A program made the translations under genes and the position numbers. 51,170 nucleotides of DNA from a bacterium (GTDB taxonomy: Bacteria; Patescibacteriota; JACMRA01): positions 1 to 51,170 of the forward strand of contig JAYWFY010000059.1 of assembly GCA_043778555.1 (NCBI GenBank). The letters are read 5' to 3'. This document shows, piece by piece, positions 19,889-29,524 of the stretch. The notes below the pieces were generated by a model. That model searched no databases, was not told the DNA's origin, and worked only from the letters and a program-made list of their open reading frames with translations. Position 1 is the first letter of the stretch. Each line of letters starts with the position of its first letter.

Positions 19889-22006
19889 TTACTTTCTCTC
19901 AGCAATAATCTTTTCTTGAATGTTGCGAGGGACTTCTGCGTAGTTGCCAAATTCCATTGAGGCAGTACCTTGACCTTTGGTGCGTCCACGAAGATCGGAA
20001 ATATATCCAAATAGATTTTCTAGTGGGACAAAAGCTGTAACCACTTTAGATTTTCCTCTAGTGTCTGTGCCTTGGACTTGACCTCGTCGAGAGTTGAGAT
20101 CGCCAATTACATCTCCCATATAAAGCTCTGGTACTACAACTTCCAGCTTCATAATAGGTTCAAGAATGACTGGAGAGGCTTTGTTAATCGCATTTTTCAT
20201 AGCTTCTACACCTGCCATTTTGAAAGATAATTCATCAGAGTCGACATCATGATATGAACCGTCATAGACTTCTACTTCGACATCAAGAATAGGGAAGCCA
20301 GCGATACAACCATTTTGCATTACTTCTTCACAGCCTTTCATAATTGCTGGAATATATTCTTTGGGGATCGAGCCACCAACGGTTTTGTTGATGAATTTAA
20401 AGCCTGTACCACGCTCAAGTGGTCTGATACGAAGCCAACAGTGACCAAATTTTCCACGACCTCCAGATTGTTTGACATATTTACCTTCGGCTTCGACTTC
20501 TTGTCGGATTGCTTCTTTATAGGCGACTTGTGGAGCTCCTACGTTGGTTTCTACATTATACTCTCTTCGCATTCGGTCAACAATAATATCAAGGTGGAGC
20601 TCACCCATACCCGCAAGGATGGTTTGACCAGTTTCTTCGTTGGAGCTTACTCGTAGCGATGGATCTTCGGCTACAAGCTTGGAAAGAGCGATTCCCATTT
20701 TTTCTTGATCATTTTTAGTCTTTGGTTCCACCGCGAGTGAGATTACTGGCTCTGGAAAGTTGATAGATTCTAATAGTACTGGGAAAGCTTTGGTGCATAG
20801 TGAGTCACCAGTTTTGGCTTCTTTCATGCCAATAAAGGCTGCAATTTCTCCAGAATAAACCTCATCAACGTCTTCACGGGAGTTGGAATGGAGTTTGACG
20901 ATACGACCAGCACGTTCAGTTTTGTTGGTACGCGGATTATATATTTCATCTCCTTTTTTGACGATACCTTGATAGACACGGAAAAATGTCAATGTACCAA
21001 ATTGATCTGTAGCAATTTTGAATGCTAAGGCAGCCATAGGCTTGGAATCATCGGCTCGTACCTCGATAGTCTTAGTTTCATCATCTACATCTGTACCTTT
21101 GAGCAGTCCTTTATCTAGTGGGGATGGTAAGTACTCACATACAGCGTCAAGAGCAGCTTGGACACCTTTATTTTTGAGTGCAGTACCGCAGAAGATAGGG
21201 TGTAATTTACACTCAATAGTACCCTTTCGAATAGCTTTTTTGAGTTCTTCTATAGAGATTTCTTCGCCGTTGAGGAATTTGTCCATTAGTTCATCACTCA
21301 TTTCTGCTACTTTTTCCACTAGCATAGCCCGATATTCTTTTGATTGCTCAAGCATGTCAGCAGGGATTTCTTCGATACGGACATCTTTACCCATTTCATC
21401 ATAGTAAACAGTGGCTGTCATCATCAAAAGATCAATACTACCTTTGAAAGTATCTTCGATTCCAATTGGCAATTGCATTACAATACCGTTGTCGGTAAGT
21501 CGATCTTTGATAGATTTGACATCAAAATAAAAGTCGGCACCAGTTCGGTCAAGTTTGTTGATGAAACACATACGAGGTACAGAGTATTTGTCGGCTTGTC
21601 TCCACACAGTTTCAGATTGCGACTCTACACCAGCAACGCCATCAAAGACGGTAATTGCTCCGTCAAGAACGCGAAGAGATCGCTCTACCTCGATTGTAAA
21701 ATCAACGTGTCCTGGAGTATCGATGATATTAAATTGGGTTTTGAGGTCTTTGGTATTTTCCTCATCTTCATAAACCCAAGCTGGAGATTGCCAATAACAT
21801 GTAGTTGCGGCTGCTGTAATTGTGATTCCTCGCTCTTTCTCTTGTGCCATCCAGTCCATAGTAGCTCCACCGTCATGCACTTCTCCGATCTTATAGGATT
21901 TTCCTGTGTAAAGTAAAACACGCTCTGAGAATGTAGTTTTTCCTGCATCAATATGGGCAATAATTCCAAAGTTTCGTACTTTGGCGAGGGGAGTTTGTCG
22001 AGGCAT
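19889..22006 (-). CDS. fusA: Elongation factor G
   Basis: [40 protein letters not shown]. Confidence 0.98.
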   Translation of the reverse strand: MPRQTPLAKVRNFGIIAHIDAGKTTFSERVLLYTGKSYKIGEVHDGGATMDWMAQEKERGITITAAATTCYWQSPAWVYEDEENTKDLKTQFNIIDTPGHVDFTIEVERSLRVLDGAITVFDGVAGVESQSETVWRQADKYSVPRMCFINKLDRTGADFYFDVKSIKDRLTDNGIVMQLPIGIEDTFKGSIDLLMMTATVYYDEMGKDVRIEEIPADMLEQSKEYRAMLVEKVAEMSDELMDKFLNGEEISIEELKKAIRKGTIECKLHPIFCGTALKNKGVQAALDAVCEYLPSPLDKGLLKGTDVDDETKTIEVRADDSKPMAALAFKIATDQFGTLTFFRVYQGIVKKGDEIYNPRTNKTERAGRIVKLHSNSREDVDEVYSGEIAAFIGMKEAKTGDSLCTKAFPVLLESINFPEPVISLAVEPKTKNDQEKMGIALSKLVAEDPSLRVSSNEETGQTILAGMGELHLDIIVDRMRREYNVETNVGAPQVAYKEAIRQEVEAEGKYVKQSGGRGKFGHCWLRIRPLERGTGFKFINKTVGGSIPKEYIPAIMKGCEEVMQNGCIAGFPILDVEVEVYDGSYHDVDSDELSFKMAGVEAMKNAINKASPVILEPIMKLEVVVPELYMGDVIGDLNSRRGQVQGTDTRGKSKVVTAFVPLENLFGYISDLRGRTKGQGTASMEFGNYAEVPRNIQEKIIAERK

Positions 22007-22343
22007 AATTGGTTAAAATAGAGTTAAATAGTTGATTGATATGTTACTTTTGATATTTCAAACATATTTAATACTAATTGAATAATAGGGTTTTTGTCAA
22101 GAAACTAAAATTATAATGATTTGTAAGTTAGCTGTCTTATTGAGCGAAGTTAAAAAATCCAAAAAAATTACGAGGATTTATGCCAATTAAAATTAATTTG
22201 ATGGGGTTTACAATTTGACAAAGGATAAAAATTAAAGTACGATAAAAAAGTTGGATAAAGTTGTTTCGACTTTCTCGTTTGAAAGTTGGTCAGAAATATT
22301 CGACAATTGACAGGTTGGTTACTTAAAAATATTGGAGTTTCAA

Positions 22344-22457
22344 ATGAAATCTAAATTAATGTTTGTTGTGTTTGTGTTAGTTGGGGTCGTTTTATTTAGT
22401 TTGTTTAAACTGCAAAAAAGTTCAAAGGTTGAAATTAACCAATATTTGAATAAGTAA
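22344..22457 (+). CDS. 37-aa single-TM small protein
   Basis: MKSKLMFVVFVLVGVVLFSLFKLQKSSKVEINQYLNK*; GGAG at 22334; TTGACA-17-TACGAT at 22215-22243; hairpin plus T run at about 22484-22519. Confidence 0.55.
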   Translation: MKSKLMFVVFVLVGVVLFSLFKLQKSSKVEINQYLNK

Positions 22458-22653
22458 TTGACCCTTGTTAATTCAAACCCCTAAAAGACGTACTTACTTA
22501 ATTGTTGTACGGCTTTTTTACTATGGTAGAAATTTGCTAGAAATTTTAAATCTCCCCAAAGCTGGCGCTTTGACCCTCTTTGACAAGAGGGTGATTTGGC
22601 TTTTTATATTTTGATTGACAAGTAGCTTGATCTTTGCAACACTTCTATATATT

Positions 22654-24720
22654 ATGCCTACTAATCTTGAAACCATTAAACACAATATTACTCACGGGAA
22701 CACTCAAAGGTTGAGGAATATATTTGCAGGATTTGGCAACGGTTTAGACGCAAAAGATGTTTGTGATTTGTCTAATATTCACCCGTGGTTTTGTCATAAT
22801 CTTGAGTCATTTTATAATAAGCAAAAGGCTGGTCATTATGAATACTTTAACAATCAAATTAGCAACTATAAAATGGTTGACACTTGTGCAGGTGAGTTTG
22901 AGGCTTATACTCCATTTTTTTATAGTACCAAAAAAGTTGATAGTGATCCAGCTGGTAATGAGGCGACCGATGATTTGTACAATACAGGCAAAGCCAATTT
23001 TGATTATTTGATAGCGAAGGCACAAAAAGACGAGCGATCTTTAGTACTTGACGCTGTGTTATTTAATTGTTATGATAAGGTATTTGTCCAAAAACGTCGC
23101 TCAGATCGTAAATTCTTGCCCAACTGCTGGGGCTTGGTTGGTGGACACTTTATACGAAGTCAAAAAAGATTAAACTTAAGTACTATTTTTGAAGTACTAA
23201 ATGGAATTATTTATGAAGATACAAGCTGGAATCTATCAGAAATCAAATCAGTATTGGAAATTCGTGATTGGGAAAATGACGGTCAAAAAATGCGTACTGT
23301 CGTTTTTGAGACAATAGTCAAGGGTAATTTGGATCATCCAAAGCTAGATATGAACAAAGTCAAAGGCTTCTTATGGATTGACAAAGATGATCTGGAGATT
23401 TTTAGATTCAATCTCAATTATGAAGAAAATCTAATGTACAAGGTTTGTAAAAAAGCACTTGAGCTTCACCATCAACCTCAAAAAGTAATTATTCTTGGTT
23501 CTGGTCCGATTCGCATTGGGCAAGGTGTAGAATTTGACTATCTCACAGTTCATGCTGTTCAAGCTCTCCAAAAACGAGGTATCAAAGCCATTATTATTAA
23601 CAACAATCCTGAGACAGTAAGCACCGATTATAATACTTCCGACAGATTATATTTCGAGCCTTTGACTCCAGAGTTTGTAGCTCGGGTTGTGGAAAATGAA
23701 AAAGAAGGGTTGCTGGGAGTAATAGCTCAATTTGGTGGGCAGACGGCGGTCAATCTCGCTAGACCTCTAGAAGAAATGGGAATTAAAGTCTTGGGCACTA
23801 CAGCGAACGCTATTGACCTTTCTGAAGATCGTGAACTCACTGGAGGATTGATGGTAAAACTCAATTACAAAATGCCAAAATGGGACATAACTTACAAAAA
23901 AAATGAAGTGATAGATAAGTGCAAATCGGTTGGTTTCCCAGTTTTGATAAGACCATCTTTTGTGCTTGGTGGTGAAGGAATGCGAATAGTGTATAGCGAG
24001 ATTGAAGTGGAAACTTATTTACAGGATTATTTTGTAGGGGTAGAAACTTTTGACAAAGCCCTTTTGATAGATAAGTTTCTTGACGATGCCATCGAAGTAG
24101 ATGTGGACTTTATTACTGACGGTAAAAAAACTTATTGCTTTATCATGGAACAGCTCGACAAAGCTGGTGTACATTCTGGTGACAGTGCAAGCGTCTTTCC
24201 TTCACAAAGCCTTAGCCGAGAGATCATGGACAAACTGGTCGAAATGGCGCAAAAAATCGCCAAAGCGTTTCAGGTCATTGGCATTGGTAACTTGCAATGT
24301 GCAATCAAAAATAATGAGATCTACATCATAGAAGTCAATCCTCGAGCTAGTCGTACCGTTCCGTTTATTTCTAAGTGCCTAGGGTTTTCTTTGGCAGAAT
24401 TAGCTACCAACGTAATAATGGGTAGTGAGTTGCCAGAGTTTGACTTTGATTTAGATTATTACAAAAATCCAGTTTATGCCGAAACTCTAAAACAAAAAAT
24501 AGTTCACAAAGAACATCCAGTCGCTCACATTGCTCCAAAGTTTGTTGCTATCAAGTGGCCAGTGTTTTGTACGCATAAACTCATTGGAGTCAAATCTGAC
24601 CTTGGTCCGCTGATGAAATCTACTGGTGAAGCGATGACGGTTGGTAAAACCTTTGCAGAAGCCAAAGCCAAATGGGGCGAAGACAGGAATTTTGACAATG
24701 TAGGAGTTTATGAGGTGTAA
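22654..24720 (+). CDS. carB: C-terminal half of carbamoyl-phosphate synthase large subunit with an inserted Nudix-like domain and no MGS domain
   Basis: YKMVDTCAGEFEA, GSGPIRIGQGVEFDY, NPETVSTD, GVHSGDS, EVNPRASRT, LGPLMKSTGE; insert KVFVQKRRSDRKFLPNCWGLVGGH. Confidence 0.88.
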   Translation: MPTNLETIKHNITHGNTQRLRNIFAGFGNGLDAKDVCDLSNIHPWFCHNLESFYNKQKAGHYEYFNNQISNYKMVDTCAGEFEAYTPFFYSTKKVDSDPAGNEATDDLYNTGKANFDYLIAKAQKDERSLVLDAVLFNCYDKVFVQKRRSDRKFLPNCWGLVGGHFIRSQKRLNLSTIFEVLNGIIYEDTSWNLSEIKSVLEIRDWENDGQKMRTVVFETIVKGNLDHPKLDMNKVKGFLWIDKDDLEIFRFNLNYEENLMYKVCKKALELHHQPQKVIILGSGPIRIGQGVEFDYLTVHAVQALQKRGIKAIIINNNPETVSTDYNTSDRLYFEPLTPEFVARVVENEKEGLLGVIAQFGGQTAVNLARPLEEMGIKVLGTTANAIDLSEDRELTGGLMVKLNYKMPKWDITYKKNEVIDKCKSVGFPVLIRPSFVLGGEGMRIVYSEIEVETYLQDYFVGVETFDKALLIDKFLDDAIEVDVDFITDGKKTYCFIMEQLDKAGVHSGDSASVFPSQSLSREIMDKLVEMAQKIAKAFQVIGIGNLQCAIKNNEIYIIEVNPRASRTVPFISKCLGFSLAELATNVIMGSELPEFDFDLDYYKNPVYAETLKQKIVHKEHPVAHIAPKFVAIKWPVFCTHKLIGVKSDLGPLMKSTGEAMTVGKTFAEAKAKWGEDRNFDNVGVYEV

Positions 24721-24774
24721 ACAAGCTTAAAAAACTTTTGTACTGATTTTTTTGTAGATTAAAGAAGCACAGAA

Positions 24775-24818
24775 TTCATTTCTATTGCTAGAGGTACGTG
24801 GGTATTCCCAATTTGTAC
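24775..24818 (-). ncRNA. Candidate small structured RNA, copy 1 (orphan)
   Basis: Promoter TTGACA (24852-24847)-17-TACAGT (24829-24824); TACAAAT-TGGG-aata-CCCA-cGTA then TCTA-gcaa-TAGA; covaries with the copy at 27070-27114. Confidence 0.55.
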
Positions 24819-24857
24819 TATACACTGTAACAAACAACCAAAACCCTGTCAAATAAT

Positions 24858-24959
24858 ATGCTAGAATCAATCACAATCAAAAACTTTAAAGCGATACAAA
24901 GCGAAAAAGGTCTGACACTATCAGGATTAAAATATCATTATACAACTAAACCTTTTTAA
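24858..24959 (+). pseudogene. N-terminal stub of an AAA/OLD-like ABC ATPase
   Basis: MLESITIKNFKAIQSEKGLTLSGL..., which stops before Walker A. Confidence 0.5.
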
Positions 24960-25034
24960 ATAAATCAAATGCTTGACTAAAAAACCTATCGCTGTGATAA
25001 TGATAAGATATAATAAAACCTAATTTTAGTCGAA

Positions 25035-25791
25035 ATGCCAACTGAAGAAATATCATTTAAAGATAGAATTATAAATAGTATATTTTTTAGTTTCGTGAGA
25101 CTAGATTCAAAATGGAAATACCTTAAACCTTTTCAAGATAAAGTAAATGGTAAGTGGGGGATATAGACTTTTATATTTACATTCAACAGTAATACACCCA
25201 AAATTTGAATTTACCGATTATTTTACGTGTCTTGGATGTGATAAAACTCAGAGTGTTATTTACTATGATATTGATATAGATCAAAATCTTAAGCATCAAA
25301 CAAAAGCATTTAAACCAAAATTTGAATTTTTTAGTAATTATTCTGGTATTGCGTACGCTCGAGTAAAATTTGGAAATAAGGTAGGATACATAAAACAGGA
25401 TGGAACTTACCTTATCGAGCCTAAATTTGAAGAGGGAAATAATTTCGATTATGATTTTGCAGCTGTAAAATTAAATAATAAATGGAGTTTTGTTAAACCT
25501 AACGGATCATATCTATTCGCATTAAAATTTGATGACGCAATGAATTTTAGTCTGGAAGGATATACCGAAGGTTTTGCACCAGTAAAACTAAATGAAAAAT
25601 GGGGGTATTTAAAAATTGATGGAACATACCTTATCGAGCCAAAATTTAAAAGAGCTTATCATTTTAAACGCAATGGATATGGTGCAGTTTTATACAATGG
25701 TGAAGAAAAAAGTGTAGATTCAAGAGGGAAAATACTTGATATAGATTATTATAATGAACCTGATATAGATTATGGTAATTATATATTATAG
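25035..25791 (+). pseudogene. WG (KWG) repeat protein, frameshifted at a G5 run
   Basis: Repeats KVGYI..DG.YLIEPKF and KWGYL; the ATG 25035 frame ends VNGKWGI* and joins the main frame if one G at 25156-25160 is removed. Confidence 0.7.
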
Positions 25792-25831
25792 TCTTGATAA
25801 TTACTTTTTTAAAATTTCAAATTAAATTTAT

Positions 25832-26659
25832 ATGAGTATCCAACCCCAACCCAACAGATATATTCAGTTAGCTAAATTTCAGAAAATTGAAAATTTTAGA
25901 CTTGATACAATTTTAAAAGGAAATATTTATATGTCTTCTATTTTAAAAGGCTTTAATGACCCATATGAGTTTAGTATGGATTTTTCATTTGCAGACACTG
26001 CTGATGCTGGTGAATTAGTTAGTGCGTTTATAAACAGAATAAAAATTCCAGAAAGCAATGGTAATAGGTTCTCTGAAGTAATTTCTCGTTATATAAGATC
26101 TAAAGCTAGAATAAGTTGTTTTTGTTTTATAGGTGAAATCGAAACGAAAGGCAAAGGTTATTCAAAACCAAGTGAAGGCTATGAAATATCAAAAGTTTTT
26201 CTAGATCATAAGCACTGGAGTCAGTATGGTGATAATCATAAAGGTATGTGTATTTTGTATAATATTCCTACTAATAATGAAATAATAACAAAATTGCATA
26301 AAGTAAAATATGTTGATACTATTCCAAAATTAGAAAAAGAAGATTTTTTCTTTGATGAGGGTAAAATAAATATTGAAAAAACAATTGAAAATATAGGTGA
26401 CAAAATGATGTCTAATAAATCAAAATGTTGGATATCTGAAGGTGAATGTAGATTTTATCACAGCGAAAACAGCCAAGACTTAAATATGACAGGTTTTAAA
26501 AATTGTATTCAAGCAATTATCTTTGGATTAGAGTGTGATGTTGAATCCGAAACGATAAAGCTTTTCATAAAAGAACTAAAATCAAAAGATGAAAGTATCC
26601 AATTTATAAAACTAGTTAAAAATAGTAAATCGTTTGAGCCTGAACTAAGAGAATTATAA
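25832..26659 (+). CDS. DUF2971-family protein
   Basis: FNDPYE, ISCF, WSQYGDNHKGMC, K..CW..E.E.R. Confidence 0.8.
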   Translation: MSIQPQPNRYIQLAKFQKIENFRLDTILKGNIYMSSILKGFNDPYEFSMDFSFADTADAGELVSAFINRIKIPESNGNRFSEVISRYIRSKARISCFCFIGEIETKGKGYSKPSEGYEISKVFLDHKHWSQYGDNHKGMCILYNIPTNNEIITKLHKVKYVDTIPKLEKEDFFFDEGKINIEKTIENIGDKMMSNKSKCWISEGECRFYHSENSQDLNMTGFKNCIQAIIFGLECDVESETIKLFIKELKSKDESIQFIKLVKNSKSFEPELREL

Positions 26660-26671
26660 AACCCTATCTAT

Positions 26672-27073
26672 ATGAACGTACAAAAAACTAAAGATTATAT
26701 AAAATGGCATAGCCTTAAGACAAAAATAAACACTAGATCGAAGCTTGCAACATACAAAAAACGAGATGTATTTTGGTGCCATCTTGGTGAAAATATTGGT
26801 AATGAAGAGGATGGTAAAGGTCAAGACTTTTTGCGACCAGTTGTAGTTCTAAAAGTTTATAACAATGAATTTTGCCTTATTGCTCCTTTATCTTCCAAAG
26901 TCAAAACGAATAAATATTATGTTAATTTTATGTTTAACAAAAAACCACAATCTGCATTGATAAGTCAAATTAAATCTATTGATGTTCGTCGTTTTCACTA
27001 CAAAATGGGAACTCTTAGTCAGCAGGATTACACGCTGATTCTAACGGAATTTATAAAATCTCTCCAAAATTAA
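26672..27073 (+). CDS. PemK/MazF-family endoribonuclease toxin with no adjacent protein antitoxin
   Basis: RDVFWCHLGENIGNEEDGKG...RPVVVL...APLSS...SQIKSIDVRRF. Confidence 0.9.
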   Translation: MNVQKTKDYIKWHSLKTKINTRSKLATYKKRDVFWCHLGENIGNEEDGKGQDFLRPVVVLKVYNNEFCLIAPLSSKVKTNKYYVNFMFNKKPQSALISQIKSIDVRRFHYKMGTLSQQDYTLILTEFIKSLQN

Positions 27074-27114
27074 TCACCCCTTGCGGGGTTACATGTGGCT
27101 AGTGCCAATTTGTA
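27070..27114 (-). ncRNA. Candidate small structured RNA, copy 2, convergent with the PemK/MazF gene
   Basis: Promoter TTGACA (27148-27143)-17-TAAAAT (27125-27120); TACAAAT-TGGC-acta-GCCA-caTGTA then ACCCC-gcaa-GGGGT. Confidence 0.6.
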
Positions 27115-27170
27115 AACTAATTTTACCAAACTCAATCAATCCTGTCAAATTCTAATTTTAACCCATCCAT

Positions 27171-29207
27171 ATGAACGTACAAAAAACTCCTATTTATCAA
27201 TTCCTCGAAGGTGCCGGCAAATCCTTTGTGATTCCTGTGTATCAGCGTGACTACGCATGGACTATCGCCAACTGCCAAAAACTCTGGGACGATATTGTCT
27301 TTATGAAGGCTAATAGCAAACAAAGCCATTTTCTTGGTACTATCGTGACTATTGCCAATGATTTTCAAGAATATCTGGTGATCGATGGTCAGCAGCGGTT
27401 GACTTCTACCTCGCTTCTTCTTTTGGCTCTTCACAATTTTCTTAATTCTAAGAAGAATAAAACCCCGATTGAATCATCTTTGGCAGAACAGGTGTTAGAT
27501 TTTTTGATCAACAAGTATTCTCAAGATCAAAGTAAAAGAATAAGGCTCAAACCCAACAAAGGTGACAAGGATTTTTATGAGCAGCTTTACGACGGCAATG
27601 TCAACAATCTCGTCGATAGTAATATCAATTCCAATTACAACTATTTTTATAAGCAGATTGAGAAAAATATCTTGACACCTGTGGAGCTGTTTCAATTGTT
27701 TCAGCGACTAGAGATTGTGTTGATCTCGCTTGATCGAGGCGTAGATGATCCTCAGTTGATATTTGAAAGCCTCAACAGTACAGGAGTTGATCTCAATGAC
27801 GGCGATTTGATCCGCAACTATATCTTGATGGATTTACCGCCACAACAGCAGGAAAATCTGTACGCCAGCTACTGGATCAAGATCGAAAACTGTGTCAATG
27901 ACGTGGCCGAGTTTGTGAGAGTGTTTTTGATGCACCGCAACCAAGAAAATGTCCGCAAAACCAATCGAGAAATCTATAGCGAATTTCGGCTATACTGCGA
28001 AAGTAAATTTGCCAAAAACCCTGAGAAAACCTTGTCTGAAATGCTGGAGTTTGCTCAGATATACAGCTACTTTATATGTACGTCCAAGTTTCCAGATGCC
28101 AAGATTGGAGTTGCCCTCCATCGTATCTTTAAGCTCGAGGCTACGATTTGTTATCCATATATGCTAGATTTATTTTACGATTACAAAAAAGGTTTGGTCG
28201 GAGCTAATGTTGTTTTAAAGGCTTTGACGCTGATAGAATCCTACATTTTCCGTAAGGTAATTGCCGATGGCTCTACTCAAGGACTCAACAAATTCTTTTT
28301 GACACTATCCAAAGATCTCAAGAAAGACAAAAATTGGCAGAGCAAATACATGGATATTTTTTGTTCAATATTAATCAACCGTTCTTTCACACAAAAGTTC
28401 CCAACCGATGAGGAGTTTGTATTAGCCTTACAAGAAAAAGAAGTCTACAAATACCAGTCCAAAAATCGCAATTTACTTCTACATTCTCTTGAAAATCACA
28501 ATTCAGCATACAAGATTGATAGTGACGATTTGACCATTGAACACATTATGCCGCAGTCTTTGACAGCTGAGTGGAAAGCCAAATTGGGTACGAATTGGGC
28601 AGAGATTCACCGCAAATACCTACATACACTGGGCAATCTCTCACTGACTGCCAAGAATGCCGAGCTTGCCAATAGCGACTTTGCAACCAAACAAAAAATA
28701 GACTTTCAATCTTCAAAGCTGAAACTCAACTTTGATCTCGGCGGTAAGAACTGGAACGAAAAGACAATTGTTATGAGAGCAAGTAACCTAGCCCATGAAG
28801 CTATCCAAATCTGGCCTTATCCAATCAGTAAAATCGTAGTCAAAGTCAAAGAAAATGAGATTTATAATCTAGAAACCGAGTTTAATCCTACCAACAAAAA
28901 GCCTATCAAGTTTTACTTTGGGTTAGAATCTATGAATGTCAAAGCTTGGAAAGATCTGTTATCTATTTTGTGTAGCTACTTTTATATCCAATCGCCAACA
29001 GAGTTTAAAGCCTTGATCAATAGTCCAAAATTCTTCAAATATTTTTCGTTTGAAGGCAACAATAGGACACTAAAATCTCCGATCAAGTTTGCCACTGGAT
29101 ACTATGTTGAAAGTAATAAAAGTGCCTCAGATATTCTAGCAATACTATCCAAAATGTGTGACTTTTTGAAGTTTGATAAAACAAAAATACAGGTACAGGT
29201 AGAGTAA
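27171..29207 (+). CDS. GmrSD-like type IV restriction endonuclease (DUF262 + DUF1524 HNH) with C-terminal extension
   Basis: IPVYQRDYAW, VIDGQQRLT, IFESLNSTG, TIEHIMPQ, HTLGNL. Confidence 0.92.
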   Translation: MNVQKTPIYQFLEGAGKSFVIPVYQRDYAWTIANCQKLWDDIVFMKANSKQSHFLGTIVTIANDFQEYLVIDGQQRLTSTSLLLLALHNFLNSKKNKTPIESSLAEQVLDFLINKYSQDQSKRIRLKPNKGDKDFYEQLYDGNVNNLVDSNINSNYNYFYKQIEKNILTPVELFQLFQRLEIVLISLDRGVDDPQLIFESLNSTGVDLNDGDLIRNYILMDLPPQQQENLYASYWIKIENCVNDVAEFVRVFLMHRNQENVRKTNREIYSEFRLYCESKFAKNPEKTLSEMLEFAQIYSYFICTSKFPDAKIGVALHRIFKLEATICYPYMLDLFYDYKKGLVGANVVLKALTLIESYIFRKVIADGSTQGLNKFFLTLSKDLKKDKNWQSKYMDIFCSILINRSFTQKFPTDEEFVLALQEKEVYKYQSKNRNLLLHSLENHNSAYKIDSDDLTIEHIMPQSLTAEWKAKLGTNWAEIHRKYLHTLGNLSLTAKNAELANSDFATKQKIDFQSSKLKLNFDLGGKNWNEKTIVMRASNLAHEAIQIWPYPISKIVVKVKENEIYNLETEFNPTNKKPIKFYFGLESMNVKAWKDLLSILCSYFYIQSPTEFKALINSPKFFKYFSFEGNNRTLKSPIKFATGYYVESNKSASDILAILSKMCDFLKFDKTKIQVQVE

Positions 29208-29270
29208 ACAATACTTTTAATATGTCTATTTGAAGATTTTTAAAGGGCTGCTAATTGATCTGCTAATTAA

Positions 29271-29522
29271 TTAATCAATTTTTGTGAAGCGAGTTACTTT
29301 TTTATCATTCCAAATGATTTCATCTCTCCAAGTCTTGAGCAATCTACTAAAATATGGAAAGTCTGGATCAGAGTAATTGGCTTTATAAATAACATTAAGT
29401 TCATCTGGGTCTGCATGTTCAGCTATAAGTACGATTTCATACAAATCACCTTTGTAGTGCTGATAGAGTTCGCCTGCAATTGGAAGGTACTCTGGAATTA
29501 TTATTTTATCACCTCGTGCCAT
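29271..29522 (-). CDS. DUF1653 family protein
   Basis: YQHYKGDLY...A.H...VIYKA...RF. Confidence 0.85.
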   Translation of the reverse strand: MARGDKIIIPEYLPIAGELYQHYKGDLYEIVLIAEHADPDELNVIYKANYSDPDFPYFSRLLKTWRDEIIWNDKKVTRFTKID

Positions 29523-29524
29523 AT

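Noticed and set aside
20315-21969. Long antisense and alternate-frame ORFs over fusA (likewise over the GTPase, helicase, ndk and others)
   Set aside because: Shadow ORFs of well-conserved genes with no recognisable motifs
27132-27434. 100-aa minus-strand ORF as the missing protein antitoxin
   Set aside because: Almost wholly antisense to the conserved DUF262 domain, with no MazE/AbrB or RHH features
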